From assembly GCA_964252035.1 (NCBI GenBank), contig OZ176205.1: a stretch of DNA of 64,000 nucleotides; one strand, written 5' to 3'. The translations under genes and the position numbers were made by a program. Under the pieces are notes generated by a model that did no database searches, had not been told where the DNA came from, and saw nothing but the letters and a program-made list of their open reading frames with translations. Of the stretch, positions 1-13,639 are shown in pieces. Source of the stretch: Podarcis erhardii. Taxonomy: Eukaryota. How positions within the stretch are numbered: the first letter of the stretch is position 1; each line of letters opens with the position of its first letter.

Positions 1-2261
1 GGCTTCTTTGGGAGAGAATTGGCAGGCAAATTCAGTTTCAAGCCATTTGAATTTGGCAAATCTCGTCCTTGGCTTCCAGGCCCGTGCAGAGCTTGTCTGA
101 GGCCCAGGGCAGAAGTCTTGTTATATAATAAAAGTTACAAAGTCAAAAAAAAGCAGCCAGTCCAGTTACATAAGATGGCAGAGCCACTCAGCTTACCCCT
201 CTGAAGCCCAGGGCAAGTGTACTGAGCTGCCCACCCCCCACTCTGCACAGTCCTGCTGGCATGTACTGAGATGTGAGATGAGCTGTTTCAAAATCTGCCA
301 AATTCATATTCACTCCCTTCGCTGCAAGTACCGGTAATTGAAATGTCTCAAAGGTGTGGGAGATGTAGCTGCTAACAATACTGTTCTCTAGGGTTTACCC
401 ACGATTCTCCTTTGAAATGATTCTGGGTAACTTTGCTGGCTGCTGGCTGCTTTTATTAGTGAAATGCAAGCCAGCAGACCTTTCTAACTTTTGCATCTGT
501 GCCTATAACCATGGTTTGAATGGGGTACTAGAAAGGTAAGTGAAAGGGGAAGGAAAAGTACGTGCTGGAAGGTTCATTGAGTTGTGGAGGATTGTGCACT
601 AGTTGTAGGGCTGGTTATGGCTTTTTTGCTTCAGTTACACATGTGGAGATAGAACTTAAGGAACTCTCACTTACTTTGAGCGGCTGTTGCATCACCAGTT
701 GTCTTACTGTTCCATTTGCTAATCTTCTGAAAAAAGATTCCTATGGAAATATGTGAGAGAGTTGAACAGCCAAAATTTTTCTTTGTCTGGCTAGTTTTGC
801 AACACTCCAGCTCATATTTTGAGGAAGATGCACAAATGTTCTTCACATATTGAAGGTCATTGCAGAAAACCAAAATCCTTTAAAAACTAGCACAGAGAGA
901 AAATGATTTAGGTGATTTAGGTGTGAGCAAGGGTTGTTTACACCTGAAGCCTTCTCCCAGTGACTTCCACTCTTCGGGATGAGTTTGTCACAGAAGCACT
1001 TGGCTGAAATACCATGGATCTAGCTACATTAAATTCAACCCATTTTTCAGAAAGGTTTAGGGGCGAAGCTTACCTGTTGCAGTACCTGCTGCTAATGCAG
1101 TCTAGATCTTCTGTATGTCCTAGAGAACTCATTTTTGGCACATGACTTATGTGGAATCAGTGACTTCCCTCTTCTAATTAAGAACTGGTGTATGGTGTGT
1201 TAAATCTTTCTATGTATAAATCTTTCCTACACTTTGTTTTTATCCTCTCTGGCCTCATTCATGCCAAATCTCCACAGGGACTGGGCCGATGACCAGACAT
1301 TACTAGACATTATTAAAGAAACAGGAGGGCTGCAAGGATGGAAGGTTTTATCATCTTGCCCAGGGTATATTCCTGCTCTGGGGCTGCCTTTTCTGCTCCT
1401 TGTAGAACACAGCGAGAACTGGCAGGAGGCCTAGGAGCTGTCACTACATAAAGACAGCATCTGCCTGCCACTTGCTCAGGGTATGAACATAAGGTCAGGC
1501 TTGTCCTCTCAGCTTGTGTGTGAGGCCCAGACAGGGCTGGATTGAGGCAAGCACAGTAGTTCTCTGTGCTTGTACTACAGAAGTATGAGGAAAAGCCAAC
1601 AGGAGGTGCAAGGGGAGCTCAGGGCTGGGAAGGAGAGAACTCTGCTCACTACAGTTGAGGTGAGATCTTTTAAAACTGCACTCATCTCTTTGGTGTTTCT
1701 TCTTAGTAGACACTCAGACATAGAACAGGATGTGGGGAGTGGTCTGGAGAAGCCCCAGCTCTTTCACTTCCATTGTTTTCAAATCTCTCCTTTAAATGTC
1801 CTCTATACTCTCAGAGCAGGCCAGGATAGAAATAAATAACCTGCCAGTTTGCAACAAAAGCAAATAAATAGTAAATTCCTCAAACTGGTGAGTGTGGACA
1901 GTTTGGGAAATGGGTCACTGGGCTGCTAGTAATTAACTGGAGGCAATGCAGCATGAGGAGCTGAAGTGCAAATATTTGGGGGCCAGATACAAATATCAAA
2001 GACAGATTCTGCTTTCCCAATCCTCCCTGTCATGCATGCTCTCTCTATATTTTTTTGTCAACTGCTCTGTGGTGCTTTAATAAATTTATTAGCCTACCTT
2101 TTGAGTTCAAACTGAAACACACAATGTAATAAAAATCAACATTTTTAAAAAGCCAATAATGGTTTAATTTTTTAAAAAAGCAAGAGTCTGTACTCAGGAT
2201 TTGTTAATAGCTTCTAGCATAGCTAGACACAACTGCCCTGTGGTTTCATATGGGTCTTGGG

Positions 2262-2429
2262 NNNNNNNNNNNNNNNNNNNNNNNNNNNNNNNNNNNNNNN
2301 NNNNNNNNNNNNNNNNNNNNNNNNNNNNNNNNNNNNNNNNNNNNNNNNNNNNNNNNNNNNNNNNNNNNNNNNNNNNNNNNNNNNNNNNNNNNNNNNNNNN
2401 NNNNNNNNNNNNNNNNNNNNNNNNNNNNN
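2262..2429. other. assembly gap (168 N)
   Basis: Run of N. Confidence 1.
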
Positions 2430-2790
2430 GATCAGAGTTTTGCTTCTGCTAGATGGGTTACTTTCCCAGGTTGACAAGCCCCACCTGCCTTATATTTCCA
2501 TCTACAGCATGTGCAGAAACCACCTTTTTGACCGCTGGACGTACTATTGGTCTCATCCACTCAATCTGTTGCAGCCTGTCTTCACATGCAGGGGAAGTCC
2601 AACACTGGGTTTGAGACCCATTGGCTACCCACGCCTGGTTCAGCCAGCCAGTCGAAGCTGTTCCTGGTGTGTGTGGCCGCTGTCGCATGCTGACAGCTTC
2701 TAGGAGGCACAGGTGAGGGCTGAGTGCAGGATGAGGACCAGAGGCAGACACACTGCCCCAGAAGGAGCACAGTGTGACTTTCACCAGAAC
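2430..2790 (-). mobile_element. repeat-like fragment, possibly an RTE-clade LINE 5' region
   Basis: GC-richer block next to a gap. The motif gggtttgagacccattggctaccc...cctggttcagccagcc resembles a repeat I recall, but the family is uncertain. Confidence 0.3.
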
Positions 2791-3289
2791 TACTACCCTT
2801 ACTCTCTAATGAAAATAATATATGGATGGGGAAGCATGAAGTTTTCATTGAACAAGGTTGAAGAAAGGGTAACCACTGTTTACCAAAATGCCGATGTGAT
2901 AAAACTAGTTGGGTGCTGTGTAGCAGTGCTCACATCACCCAGAAGAGAGGGAAGATGCTCTAGCTCTGTGGACTTGTAAAGAGCTTCAGTGTCTCCCTGT
3001 GTTGTCTTTTGCTTTGGCTTAGCGGAGCATAACAGGAGTATTGGGGAATGGGAAATGCAGCTCTATGGAGACCATGCTCACAGCAGCATTTTTCCTTCTC
3101 CCCACAACCATTTCCATCATGGAAGGGAATTTTTCTCTGTATACTATGCCTGGTTTTTTGTTTTGTCTTGTTTTTTCCTTCTCTGAATGTCTTCATTTTA
3201 AGATTTCTACCCTAGTAACTCTGGCCTCCCACTAAGATTCAGTACAGCTTGTGCTATGCTATTTGGATATATTCTTTACAATATTTATT

Positions 3290-3490
3290 AGTCATTGCAT
3301 TTGTAGCCCACCTGTTTCTTTAAAGATCTCAAGATGACGTACATGGTTCTCTCGCTCCTCACTTAATCCTCACAACAGGATAAACGGAAGGCAGCGACTG
3401 GCCCAAGGTCACACAGTGAGTTTCATGGTTGAGTGCAGATTTGAACCCAGTTCCTAGTCCAACTCTTTAACCACAACACAATACTGGCTG
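3290..3490 (-). mobile_element. old MIR-like/Squam2-like SINE
   Basis: Contains gactggcccaaggtcacacagtgag, gatttgaacccag and ctctttaaccacaacacaatactggct, which resemble the inverted SINE head and core. Confidence 0.55.
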
Positions 3491-5235
3491 GTGTGGCAGC
3501 TACCTTGGGTTAAGCAGACTTATAAAACTGCATTTCCCTAAAGTGTGGATAGTAATGGATTCAGGAGCTATTTTGGCATGCAAGTGGTATATAAATAAAG
3601 GAAGTCACCCTAGGTATCTTCATATGTTGTGTGCTGATGAAAGAGTCCCAGAGCCCAGTGAGTCCCTCAGCAGCAAACAGTGTTTGTGGGGAACTGTTAG
3701 CATTCATTTGCTTTCTAATCTATGCCATGAATGCTCTGCTGCTTGCAGACACTCTTGGGTTACCTGTCTGGCCTCAGCTCAGGGATGTAATAAGAAGTGG
3801 GCTTACTTGCAAGCTGTTCCTTGTGAATTGTGGTGATTCACAGGAGACCTCAGGGAAGGCTGCTTGCCAGCAATTAATGCCCTGAAGACTCGGAGGGCAT
3901 CCTCCCATAGCAACCTTGCTCTGCCAGAGCTCTGTGCCTGTATGGGAGGGGGGAGTGGTGGAGCGTAGGCAGGCAGATTGGAGTACAAAGCAATTTAATT
4001 AGCTGTGAGCCTTCTTGTATGTCTCTTAGGGAAGGAGTACTTGGCAGATTGAATGCTCACTCCCACTACCCTTTTGTGAGGCCTTTTGCCAGGACTACTT
4101 CTCAAGATCGTGGTGGATGGAATAGTGAAACTGCTGAAGAAGAAGAAACCATGCAGACCTTGCCTTCCTGTGCTGGGACAGAATTTGTATCAACTCCAAT
4201 ATCCTAAAAGAATGACTTTGATTGTGTAGGCTGCAAATATTCCATACCATTAAATTCTGTACCATAAGAACTAAAATGCTGGATAAATTATGGGCTGGGT
4301 GGATTTATAAATCAAGGTAGGGATGTTCATGATTTGCTGCCTGCATCAGTGGGGCATCATGTCACACTGCAGGGTGCTTGGTAGGTCTGATGTGGTACCA
4401 TATAGTTCCACTTTTAATCTAGCAGGCACTCAGCATGAACTGACCTTAGCACTCCAGAGGCCCCTTGAACCCCTGTCCATGTAACACAGGGGAGAGGTGG
4501 TGGCCAGATGAAAGCAGAATGTCTGAGCTTACAGGCACAGTACTGGCCAGGCCAAAAGTTGTCCTGGTGTTATTCCTGGTTGACTAGCACACCTTCCAGT
4601 GCTAAATAGCAGGATGTCACAGAATCCTTTGCATTAGACATCCCCGCAGCATCCTGTGTCTTTTGTGTGAGATGTCAGAAGTCTTGTGTGCTGCTAAGCA
4701 CTTCATCACATGCCATTTCTGACCAAGCAGGTGCACTGCCCAAAATGAGACGTTCCTGTTGCTAGGCAACTGCCCAGTGTTGTCCCCTCCTCACTCTGTT
4801 TCCCTCCCCAAATATCCATGCAGCCAGGACTAAAATGTAATAGCAGTGATGGACCAGCTAATTAGACATGGACGTAATGCTTGGCCCCCTGTGCTTTAAC
4901 ATTATGGAACATGAAGCATGCGCCCAGGAGACACGGTGCTAAGTGAAGGGATGTGAAGACAAAGGCTTTCTTTTGCATGAGTCACCAGCTATCTACCAAC
5001 AGTCTATCCAGTACTATAGGCAAACACCTCCACCTGAAAGATACTCTTTCCTGCCAAGGGGCAATAACACAACACCACCAGGCGTTCTGCAGATAGCAAT
5101 GTAAACAATTCATATGCCTGGTACATGTTTTGCTGTTGCTGACCTCCACACATTTATACATGCATTATACCTTTGTACATGTGTACTCTAGGCAAAAACC
5201 TGCCTTTTGCAACATGTCTGAGTGACTTGCTCCAC

Positions 5236-5271
<36 letters not shown>
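5236..5271. repeat. (TAA)n microsatellite
   Basis: Direct reading of the sequence. Confidence 0.98.
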
Positions 5272-5272
<1 letters not shown>

Positions 5273-5350
5273 TTATTATTTATACCCTGCTCATCTGGCT
5301 GGGTTTCCCCAGCCACTCTGGGCATCTTCCAACTGAATATTAAAAACAAT
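5272..5350 (-). mobile_element. L2-type 3' end next to a (TAA)n tail
   Basis: tttataccctgctcatctggctgggtttccccagccactctggg. The same motif occurs in + orientation at about 6630-6682 and 8470-8545. Confidence 0.6.
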
Positions 5351-6411
5351 AAAACAATACTGAAGGACAAATCTCTCCACAGACTCTTCCCTCCTGTAGC
5401 AGGTGCATGCAGCCTATGCTGGAGTATTCGCCTGCCCTAGGGGTGGGAGAGAAAGGAGGTTCTTTTGGGGGCTGATTACTCTGTTGCAGACTGACAGTTC
5501 AGCTTTTACTCTCTGAAGAGGTGCCAGGATAACAGATGCTGTTGCATGAATTCAGTCATCCTGCTCCCGGGGATATTTTTAGGTCCGCTAGTGAACAAGC
5601 ATAGAATTTGGAACCTGAGCCATCAGCTCCTTTCAGAGTCAGCAGTTCAGAATGGCAAAGCAGTTTTGGCAGTCTGTCGCTAAGGAAGATGCTTCGGAAT
5701 CCAGGTGAGGCCAGGGCTCAGCAATTCAAGGTAGGATTTGGGGATGGGGGAGCACTCTCATTTGAAAAGCAACTCTGACCGCAAAAGAGAGATTCCACTG
5801 CAGGAACAGCATTGCCATTAATATATCTCTTGACTGTAGGGGATTTGGGGAGTGTCAAAAAGCCACTGTTCAAGATCTGGTTGTGTTTTTATAATATTCA
5901 GAGCTGGATATGGTGCACTGTGGTGTTGGGTGTATTGTACAGCTGGTAGCAAATGCAAAACAAACTGATTAGATGTGTATAGAAATAGATTTGCAGATAT
6001 GAATCCGAATGAATGCAGAAAATATGCCAGGGCTGCTGCTTGTGAGAGATCAGCACATGATATACTATTCAGATGGCTTATCTGTGAACATGTTTCAAAT
6101 TCCTAAAAATGTCACAGGTTCTATCACAAAGAGCACTTCATGAAATAGTCCACCCTAGAAAGCGCTGGCACTCTTAAAATGCATGAATGCTTTTGGAAGA
6201 AGCTGGGGGTGGGGTGGGAAGAACTCGTGCAATCATATAGAGGAGAGACAATATCATGCCTAAATCTGGCCAATTGCATCCTGAAAGTTTCCAAGCAAAC
6301 AGCCAATCATAGAAGCAAGAGAGTTCTAATACATTCTTTTCAGGTATCTCTCTGATCTCCAACAGGCTCTAACAGTTATTCTCTAATCAGCTGATTTAAG
6401 TTAGATAATTT

Positions 6412-6547
6412 CAGACCCTCCAAGTGTCGCTATTTCCCAGGGATGTCCCTGATTTATAGAAGCCATCCTGGTTTCTGATTTGATCCCGGAATGTCCCACT
6501 TTTCTTAGGATATCCCTATTTTCATTGGAGAAATGTTGGAGGGTATG
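6412..6547. mobile_element. small MITE (hAT-like termini)
   Basis: Inverted termini CAGACCCTCCAA ... TTGGAGGGTATG, with repeated internal TGTCCC motifs. No clear TSD. Confidence 0.6.
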
Positions 6548-6762
6548 ACATGATCTGACCCCCCCAAGCTGTCTGAAGGCAATCCTCTATAGGGAAGTTT
6601 TTTTTATGTTTATATATACTGTATGTTAGAAGCTTCCCAGAGTGGCTGGGGAAACCAAGTAAGATGTGTGGGGGTATAAATATATTTTAACTTCAAAACA
6701 GCTGTGGGGGTTGGGGCTGAGTCAGATCAGAGATTTGGCACTGGCAGATTGAAATTGAAATA

Positions 6763-7324
6763 CCATATTTTTCGCCCTATAGGACACACTTTTTCCCCTC
6801 CAAAAATGAAGGGGAAATCTGGGTGCGTCCTATGGGGCGAATGCAGGCTTTCGCTGAAGCTTGGAGAGCGAGAGGGGTTGGTGCGCACCGACCCCTCTCA
6901 CTCTCCAGGCTTCAGGAACACATCCGCAGCCTAGGCAGCCCTGCGGGAGGTCCCGCAGGGCTGTCTATGCCGTGGATAGCAGCCTGCTTCCCGGCGCGAG
7001 GGGCGCCCTGAAGCAGAGCGCACCGCCCGCCAGACAGACATCCGCAGCGTGTTGGAGCCCTGTGGGAGTTCCCCGCAGGGCTCTCCACGCTGCGGATAGC
7101 AGCCTGGCGCGAAGGACGCCCTGAAGCAGAGCGCCCCAAGCGCGGGACAGACATCGGCCAGCCCCACAAGCTCGTGGGACAGCAAGGAGGCGCAGCGCTG
7201 CCATCCCGCTGTTCCCCGACCTGGTTTTGGGGGGGAAATAAAGGGGGAAAAATTTCCTTTATTTCCCCCCAAAAAACTAGGTGCGTCCTATGGGACGGAG
7301 CGTCCTATGGGACGAGAAATACGG
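6763..7324. mobile_element. Tc1/mariner-superfamily (Tigger/pogo-like) MITE with TA TSD
   Basis: Termini are TA|CCATATTTTTCGCCCTATAGG ... GAGAAATACGG|TA. Subterminal GCGTCCTATGG repeats are present. The GC-rich interior holds about 2 tandem units of about 115 bp. Confidence 0.85.
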
Positions 7325-8467
7325 TACTTTATTGTCACTTGTACAACTTGTATACAGTGAGATTACACGAGCACCCCCCACTCAGCTCTCTTAGTCTTAA
7401 TTCCCCTCGTTTACTGATGCACACCCAAAAAAACCTCCAAAGCTGAGCGATACCTTTCTTGGAACCCATCCAAATATCACTGAAGTGTGGCAAACTTCTC
7501 TTAATCAAGCACACAAAGCAGAGGGTGATGGGGCAAGGAAAAATCAACTAGTAAAAAATTAGACACATGAAAGCTGGAGTTAGTGAGAGGCTGACTAGAG
7601 GTAGGCTACAGCCACTCATTTAGCACAATAGATTCCTGAGGATGATGGATGATGAATTATCGCTGCTGAATTCCAAGAGCTAGATCAGTGTCCCAAAGAG
7701 GTGCGAGTCCTGCATGCATTGTTAATTTATTGGCCTTTTTGTAAATCTGGCCATAGTCTGAGTCAGAGAGTTGAGTATCAGCAGAACGTCCTCTTCCACT
7801 TAGTTCACTGAGCTTAGTTAGGAAGAAGGATAGGTACTCCCTGGGGCTGCACCTGAGCTCTCTAACATTTTGTTAACAATTACAACTATGGGACTCGGCT
7901 TATCCCCACAGGGCAGCCTCTGCTTACTTCCATTATGTTAAAAGGCTCCTGCTGGGATGCTTTTCTGAGAGACACCTGGAATAGACTAAGTTAGCAACAA
8001 GATATGATGAGAAAATTAATGGAACCTATTTGCACATTGATTGATTCATCACCGTGCCTTTATCTATTCTGTTGATCATAACTTCCTGGCTTTAAGAAAC
8101 ACAGGAATTTTGTCTCATTTAAAATAATTATTTGCTTAGTAGAATATATATAAGACATGGATTTAGAGGAGAGGGAAGAAGAAGAGAGCTGCTTAGGGAA
8201 GCAAAGTTCTCTGATAGCAGGAAAGTGTGTGCCCTTTTCACCATTGTATGTGCTGTGAAGTACTAAGGATAACAAACACAGCACACCTAAGACAACTGGC
8301 TGCCCAAAGGACACGTCTGCACCTTCCCCACCCTCTTATTTCAGTGCTGGTAACAGGACATTGTCCTCCACTGTGCTTGAGGGCAGTAGGCTAGTTAGGG
8401 GATACAGGACAGGATACATGGTGCACTCTGCTTCCAACAGAGATAATACTATTTTATTTTAATCTTT

Positions 8468-8545
8468 TGTTGGAAGCCACCCAGAGTGGCTGGGGAGACC
8501 CAGCCAGATGGGCAGGGTAGAAATAAACAACAACAACAACAACAA
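8468..8545 (+). mobile_element. L2-type 3' end with (CAA)n tail
   Basis: gaagccacccagagtggctggggagacccagccagatgggcagggtagaaataaa followed by (caa)n. Confidence 0.6.
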
Positions 8546-9979
8546 GCTGAGTGGCAGCCACACAAACACACACCTCTGCCACCTAACACAACCACTTCAC
8601 TCTCTGGGCTGGTCCTGTGAGCAGCGCATGAACCTTTGAATGTGCAAAGCTATTGTCTGACTATTGGCAAGGCAACCCACAAATTGACTAGTTTCAACAA
8701 GGAGAAATAGCAGGGATGGGTACAACTCAGAAGCAAACACAACAGAGCTGTTTTCCAACTGCTACTTCTCCCTCATATCACCCCGTCACAATTACAGCAA
8801 TTGCAGGCTTTCAGAGAAAGAAGTACTAGATAAATGAACAAGATCTTATAAGAGACAATTGTTTTAACACTTAACAATTTGAAAGAACAAAATATGTTCC
8901 TAGAACAGGGAGTATAGACTCAAAAGATTAAGCAGAGTTGCGAATTATGACCAACTTAAGCCCATCTTTTATAAATAAAAGAGGTGAATTTAAATTTATA
9001 AACTTTAGGTGTGCAAAAGGAAGGGATCAGATAATGGTGATTCCCCCCGAGTTAAGTCCCTATAATTCTATCCTACTTCTCCTCTTCTGCCCCATTTTCC
9101 TTCCCTTCTCTATTTGGGCAGCCATTTCCTTCTCCCCTTTTATGCAGGGTAATAATAAGGCGATAATTCTTTTTCTTCTTGGTTCTGGACATTCCTGCTG
9201 AGAAAAGGGTGAAGTGGAGAGTTGCACATGCCAAATAAACCCTGGAGTTTTTCTTACGTGCTCTCTTCTTGAAAGCATCAGTAAATCCCAGAGAAGCTGT
9301 ACGACATTATAACGTTGTTTAATCAAACTTAATTACTTCCTAGTTTTTATGTCCTCTTAGCGACATCCAGCTTGACATCTGTTTGAAAATACCATTTAAT
9401 GTGAAACAACACATTAAAGCCCTAAACACCACCCAGTAATCATGGCCCTAATCTTCTAGGTGGCAGTTAGATGGTTGCCTGCATAGACTGATCTTGAGTA
9501 CACAGTTTCAAGATTCAGTTGTCTCAAGATTCATTGTGGCAGGAAATCTGATTTTGTTGTGGAGGCTTTCCAGCAGGTAAGACACCTGAGAGCATGGAGT
9601 TGTGTTTCCAGAGAGACAAAACACAGGCTGAATAACAAATGAGAACCTTGTCGCTGTCTGTCTTAACTACCTAGATAATTGCTAATCTCACCTTTTGTCA
9701 GAAGCAGGTCATTGCCTATATCAGAGGTCATGTGGTTTGTGAGTGAACACAGTTGGCTGGAGAAGAGGTGAGTGGTCGAACCCTCCAGCATCCAGCCATG
9801 ACGAGGCCATTTAGTTTTTTGTGCTCAGCGTGGGGTGTGATGAGGGATTGTTGTGATGAGCCGCGACTGGATTCTTGTTGTTTCTGTACCTTGTACATAG
9901 TGATAGCTTGCCCCAACTGCTTAAAGTGGACTTCAGTTGAAGGTGCTGGATAATACTAATCCTTATCACATTCAGGTGG

Positions 9980-10145
9980 GTAGCCGTGTTGGTCTGAAAT
10001 AAATAAAAAACTGTCCAGTAGCACCTTAGAGACCAACTAAGTTTGTTCTAGGTATAAGCTTTTGTGTGCATGCACACTTCTTCAGATCTGGACTACTGGA
10101 CATTTTTTTTAATTTATTTCGACTGCGTCAGACCAACATGGCTAC
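9980..10145. mobile_element. Penelope-like terminal fragment with inverted arms
   Basis: GTAGCCGTGTTGGTCTGA ... TCAGACCAACATGGCTAC inverted arms surround a gtataagcttttgtgtg...cttcttcagat core typical of reptile Penelope ends. Confidence 0.55.
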
Positions 10146-11484
10146 TTTATCACATTATTTCACAGGGACTAGGTCTCTCCTAAAGAATTGCTTTACGAAT
10201 CATGTATCTTTGTTAAGGTGTTTAAGCTCTGTTAAACCAACCCAGCAGCTGCCAGTATCTTATTTCATTAGTAATTAGGTTCAACAAAACCTTTTGTCAC
10301 TAAATCTTGTTTACTTTTATTAATTTCAATGTCTTGTACTTAGTTCTGTTGGACAGTATGCCTATCCTCTCACAAATTTGGGCCTAGTTAGACTTGGTAG
10401 CATGAAATGGGTCTAACTCCCACCCCACCCCCCACAGGGCATTTCCAGCAGGTGACAGCCTATAACAAATCAGACAAGGAGTGGACAAATGACACCTTGA
10501 TGTTGTAACTGATATTATCATGGTCCTGGGATAGTATTCTTGCAGGGTCTGGTTGACTATTGTTGCTGGTGAGAGTAGCTGTTTTAAATTAGGGAGCCAT
10601 CTGTAAGCAAGGACAGACCTTCTACTCAAGCACTATGAGAAGGGTATCTCATTGTCTAGGATGAGCACTGATGATACATTGGAATGCTTTAGGTGGAGCT
10701 GTGAGTGAAAAGAAATGGTGTTATGTTGCTTCCTCTCTTGGGTATGTCCTGAAAAGGGGAAAAAAATGAATAGCATGAGAAGAGCCCTGATTGTTCAGTC
10801 AGATGACCACTGTCAAGCATTCTGCTCCCACAGTGGCCAACCAGATGACTATGGGAAGCTGGCAGCAAAAGCCCTCTTCCATTTGTTGTAGTAGGAAATG
10901 TTGAAATGTTTCATTTAATCCAAACAGAGTTTAGTGGATTAAGTCTCTTTCCATATGTTATCTCAGGCAGCTTTAGAAACTAATGCAATTTCTAGAGCCA
11001 ATTTCTTGGTTAGTTCTGTCGGCTTTGAGGACTGCCTTATATGCTGTTCATATTATCCTTGGAGGATTGAATTATTTCCTTGAGTGCAGGGTGGCAGAGC
11101 TAACACAGTTGAGAGGAAAATCCAAATCCCTTCATTTTCACCAGTTCTTCATATAGCTTATGATTATGATTGGGGGGAGGGGATGGCACCTCTGTTGTGT
11201 CCTTATTTTTAAAATTCTGATAGGGAAACACAACACCTGACATTTTATCATCTAGTGAAGTAGTCTTCATATGCCAGGGATAGGAGGACATGTTGAAGTG
11301 TTTATGACAAATATGCAAATACCAAATACAATTGGTTTTTTAAATGGTGGCAATCAGTCCAAGCTGAACATAAGCTGAACAAAGTCCACTTGGTCTTCTT
11401 CTGTCATGTGCAAAATAATGACTGATCTGTAGTAAAAATATGACCTGTAGTTTTATGGATCAACGTTGCTACACAATAATAATG

Positions 11485-11627
11485 TGGAAAGTTCCAGGTT
11501 CAATCCCTGGCATCTCCAGTTAGGGTTGGAAAAGACTCTTACCTGAAACCTTGAAGAGCCATGTTGGGCAACACTGAGCTGGATAACGAATGATCTGAAT
11601 CAGTATAAGGCAGTTTTCCTTATTCCT
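11485..11627 (+). mobile_element. Squam3-like tRNA SINE
   Basis: Contains ccaggttcaatccctggcatctccag and ends in cagtataaggcagttttccttattccta. Confidence 0.7.
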
Positions 11628-11779
11628 AACGTTGCGTCATAAAAAGCTGATGTTATATTCATACGTATTAAAAGAGCAGCTGTCTCCAAGACTCAAGAAG
11701 CAATAATGACACATAGCATTCATGGGAGATTCAACTGCAAGTCGTTGAACTGACATTAGAAAGGATTTAGAAGTGAGAT

Positions 11780-12060
11780 ACAAGAGAGACAAAGAATCCA
11801 GAAGGCAAATTATCTGAGGAAATGTGGGAGAAATCATGCATTTTTTTAGTCCAGAAAAGAAAACTGAGGGCAATATGTAAGGGTTAATTTATGTGAAGCA
11901 TTAGGATTGACTTTCTAACTGTAAGAAACCTGATGAGGGAACATTGGAGGTATCGGCTAAGTAATCTTCAGTTAATGCTTTAATGGTAATGCATTAGGTA
12001 TAGAATATCCTGGTCTAGGGCAAAAGTTGGACCAGATGATTCACTGGACCCCCTTCCTTT
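11780..12060 (+). mobile_element. old CR1 3' remnant
   Basis: Contains ccagaaaagaaaactgagggcaatatg, gactttctaactgtaagaa and ggaccagatgattcactggacccc, which resemble a CR1 3' end. Confidence 0.45.
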
Positions 12061-12189
12061 GGGAAGCAATCGGGAAGCATGATTTCTATGGGCACTTTCC
12101 AGCCTATGTTAAAGACTTTAATGCCTGATTTAAACAGCAGATTTCTCTCATTCTAATATCAAGTAAACTTTGTATATGCTTCTTTTAGG

Positions 12190-12740
12190 CTGGATTGTGT
12201 TCCATTTATGTATTAAATTTCTTAGACACTTCTCCAGACACATGCTGATGGTGCCCAGCAATTTGATTTTATCATGTCAAGCATGTGTGATTTGCACTGA
12301 CTGCTGATTAGTTTCCAGGTTCAATTCAGGATATTGGTATTAGCCACAAAGCTTTCAATGGATTGGGACGTAGGTATCTCATGGACTAGCTTTTTCAGCA
12401 GGCTTCTCTGCTCCACAAATTGCAATCATCATCTGAGACTCTGCTGCAGGTCCTACAGCCTAATGAGGTGAAGGTAGTGTCAGTTAGGCTTAGGGCTTTT
12501 CCCCATGTAGCACCCAATGTCCTGCCAAGAGAGAAATGTTAAGCTCCTTCACTGTTTTATTTCAAGTGTCTGGTGAAGTCATGATTTTGTTATAGGGATT
12601 TTGGCTTATTAAAAAGCTTTTGTAACGGCTTAGGTTATGTCTGTTTATTGACTGTTGGGATTTGTTGACTTGTGGTTTGCTGTATTGGATTTAGTTCAGA
12701 GTGTTCTTGTATTATTATTTAATATGTTGAATGGCCTTTC
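12190..12740 (+). mobile_element. L2 LINE 3' remnant
   Basis: gatttgcactgactgctgattagtttccaggttcaattcaggatattggtatta corresponds to the degenerate L2 motif LHWLPISFR.QFK.LVL, followed by a T-rich 3' region. Confidence 0.6.
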
Positions 12741-13639
12741 GTTTATTTGGAAAATAACATGTGGTGAATGCTGCTAACAGTGACAATCTTTTAAAAACCA
12801 GTATAGAAGCAAGGTTGAAATATAATAAATATACTAGCGTATTCAAAAGAGCCCAGCAGAAATATTAGCAAATGAAAATGCTTTTAGTTGCTGGTGGAAA
12901 CTATTTAATGAAGGGGACACTCTTATCTCTCAAGGGAGTTGTGGATCTAAAATGAAATTGTGAAAGACCTACTTGTAATGGATAATCTACTTAATCACAA
13001 AAGCATGGTTAACTCAACAACTGACACAAAGAGCGCAGACTGACTACATAAAGATCATCAAAAAATTCAGGTCAGCTGCTTACATGTCAATGTTTAATGA
13101 GGAGATGGCAGTCTCCACAGTTTCAGTGTCACACTGAACCTAAAACTGAGATGTTTGCGTCTTACATTATGTCCAAAGCACAACCGTACAGTATAAAACT
13201 AAAAAAGAGCACTTGGAACAATTCTAATTTAAACCAAAACAAATGCAAGGCACTAGCTTAGAAAAACACACACAGCAGACTCTTAACAGTGAAGGAACAA
13301 TTGTTGGACTCAACTCAATGCTGTCAATCTTTAATAACTAAGCCGAAAAAGAGGTGGTGCTTAAGTAATAGAAATATTTTGAAGGAAACTCTGTGAATGC
13401 TAAGTAACACCAACAATATGTAAGAAATATGTAAGAAAAGCGAAGGAAGAGTGTAAGGAAGAAAGCTGAGAAATTTAAAGTGACAACATTAAACTTTAAT
13501 GCTCTGAAAGATATAGGATGAGAATATCATAGAAAGTGGCTACTCTCACACGAATTTTTATGGGCTGGGCCTTTGTAGTGAAGACACCATATTTGTGAAA
13601 TAAACTCCCGGAGGGGGGGGGGGTAATCTGCCATGCTCC

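Noticed and set aside
2201-2477. ORFs containing X runs (also 37814-38072)
   Set aside because: These are artefacts of translating across N gaps.
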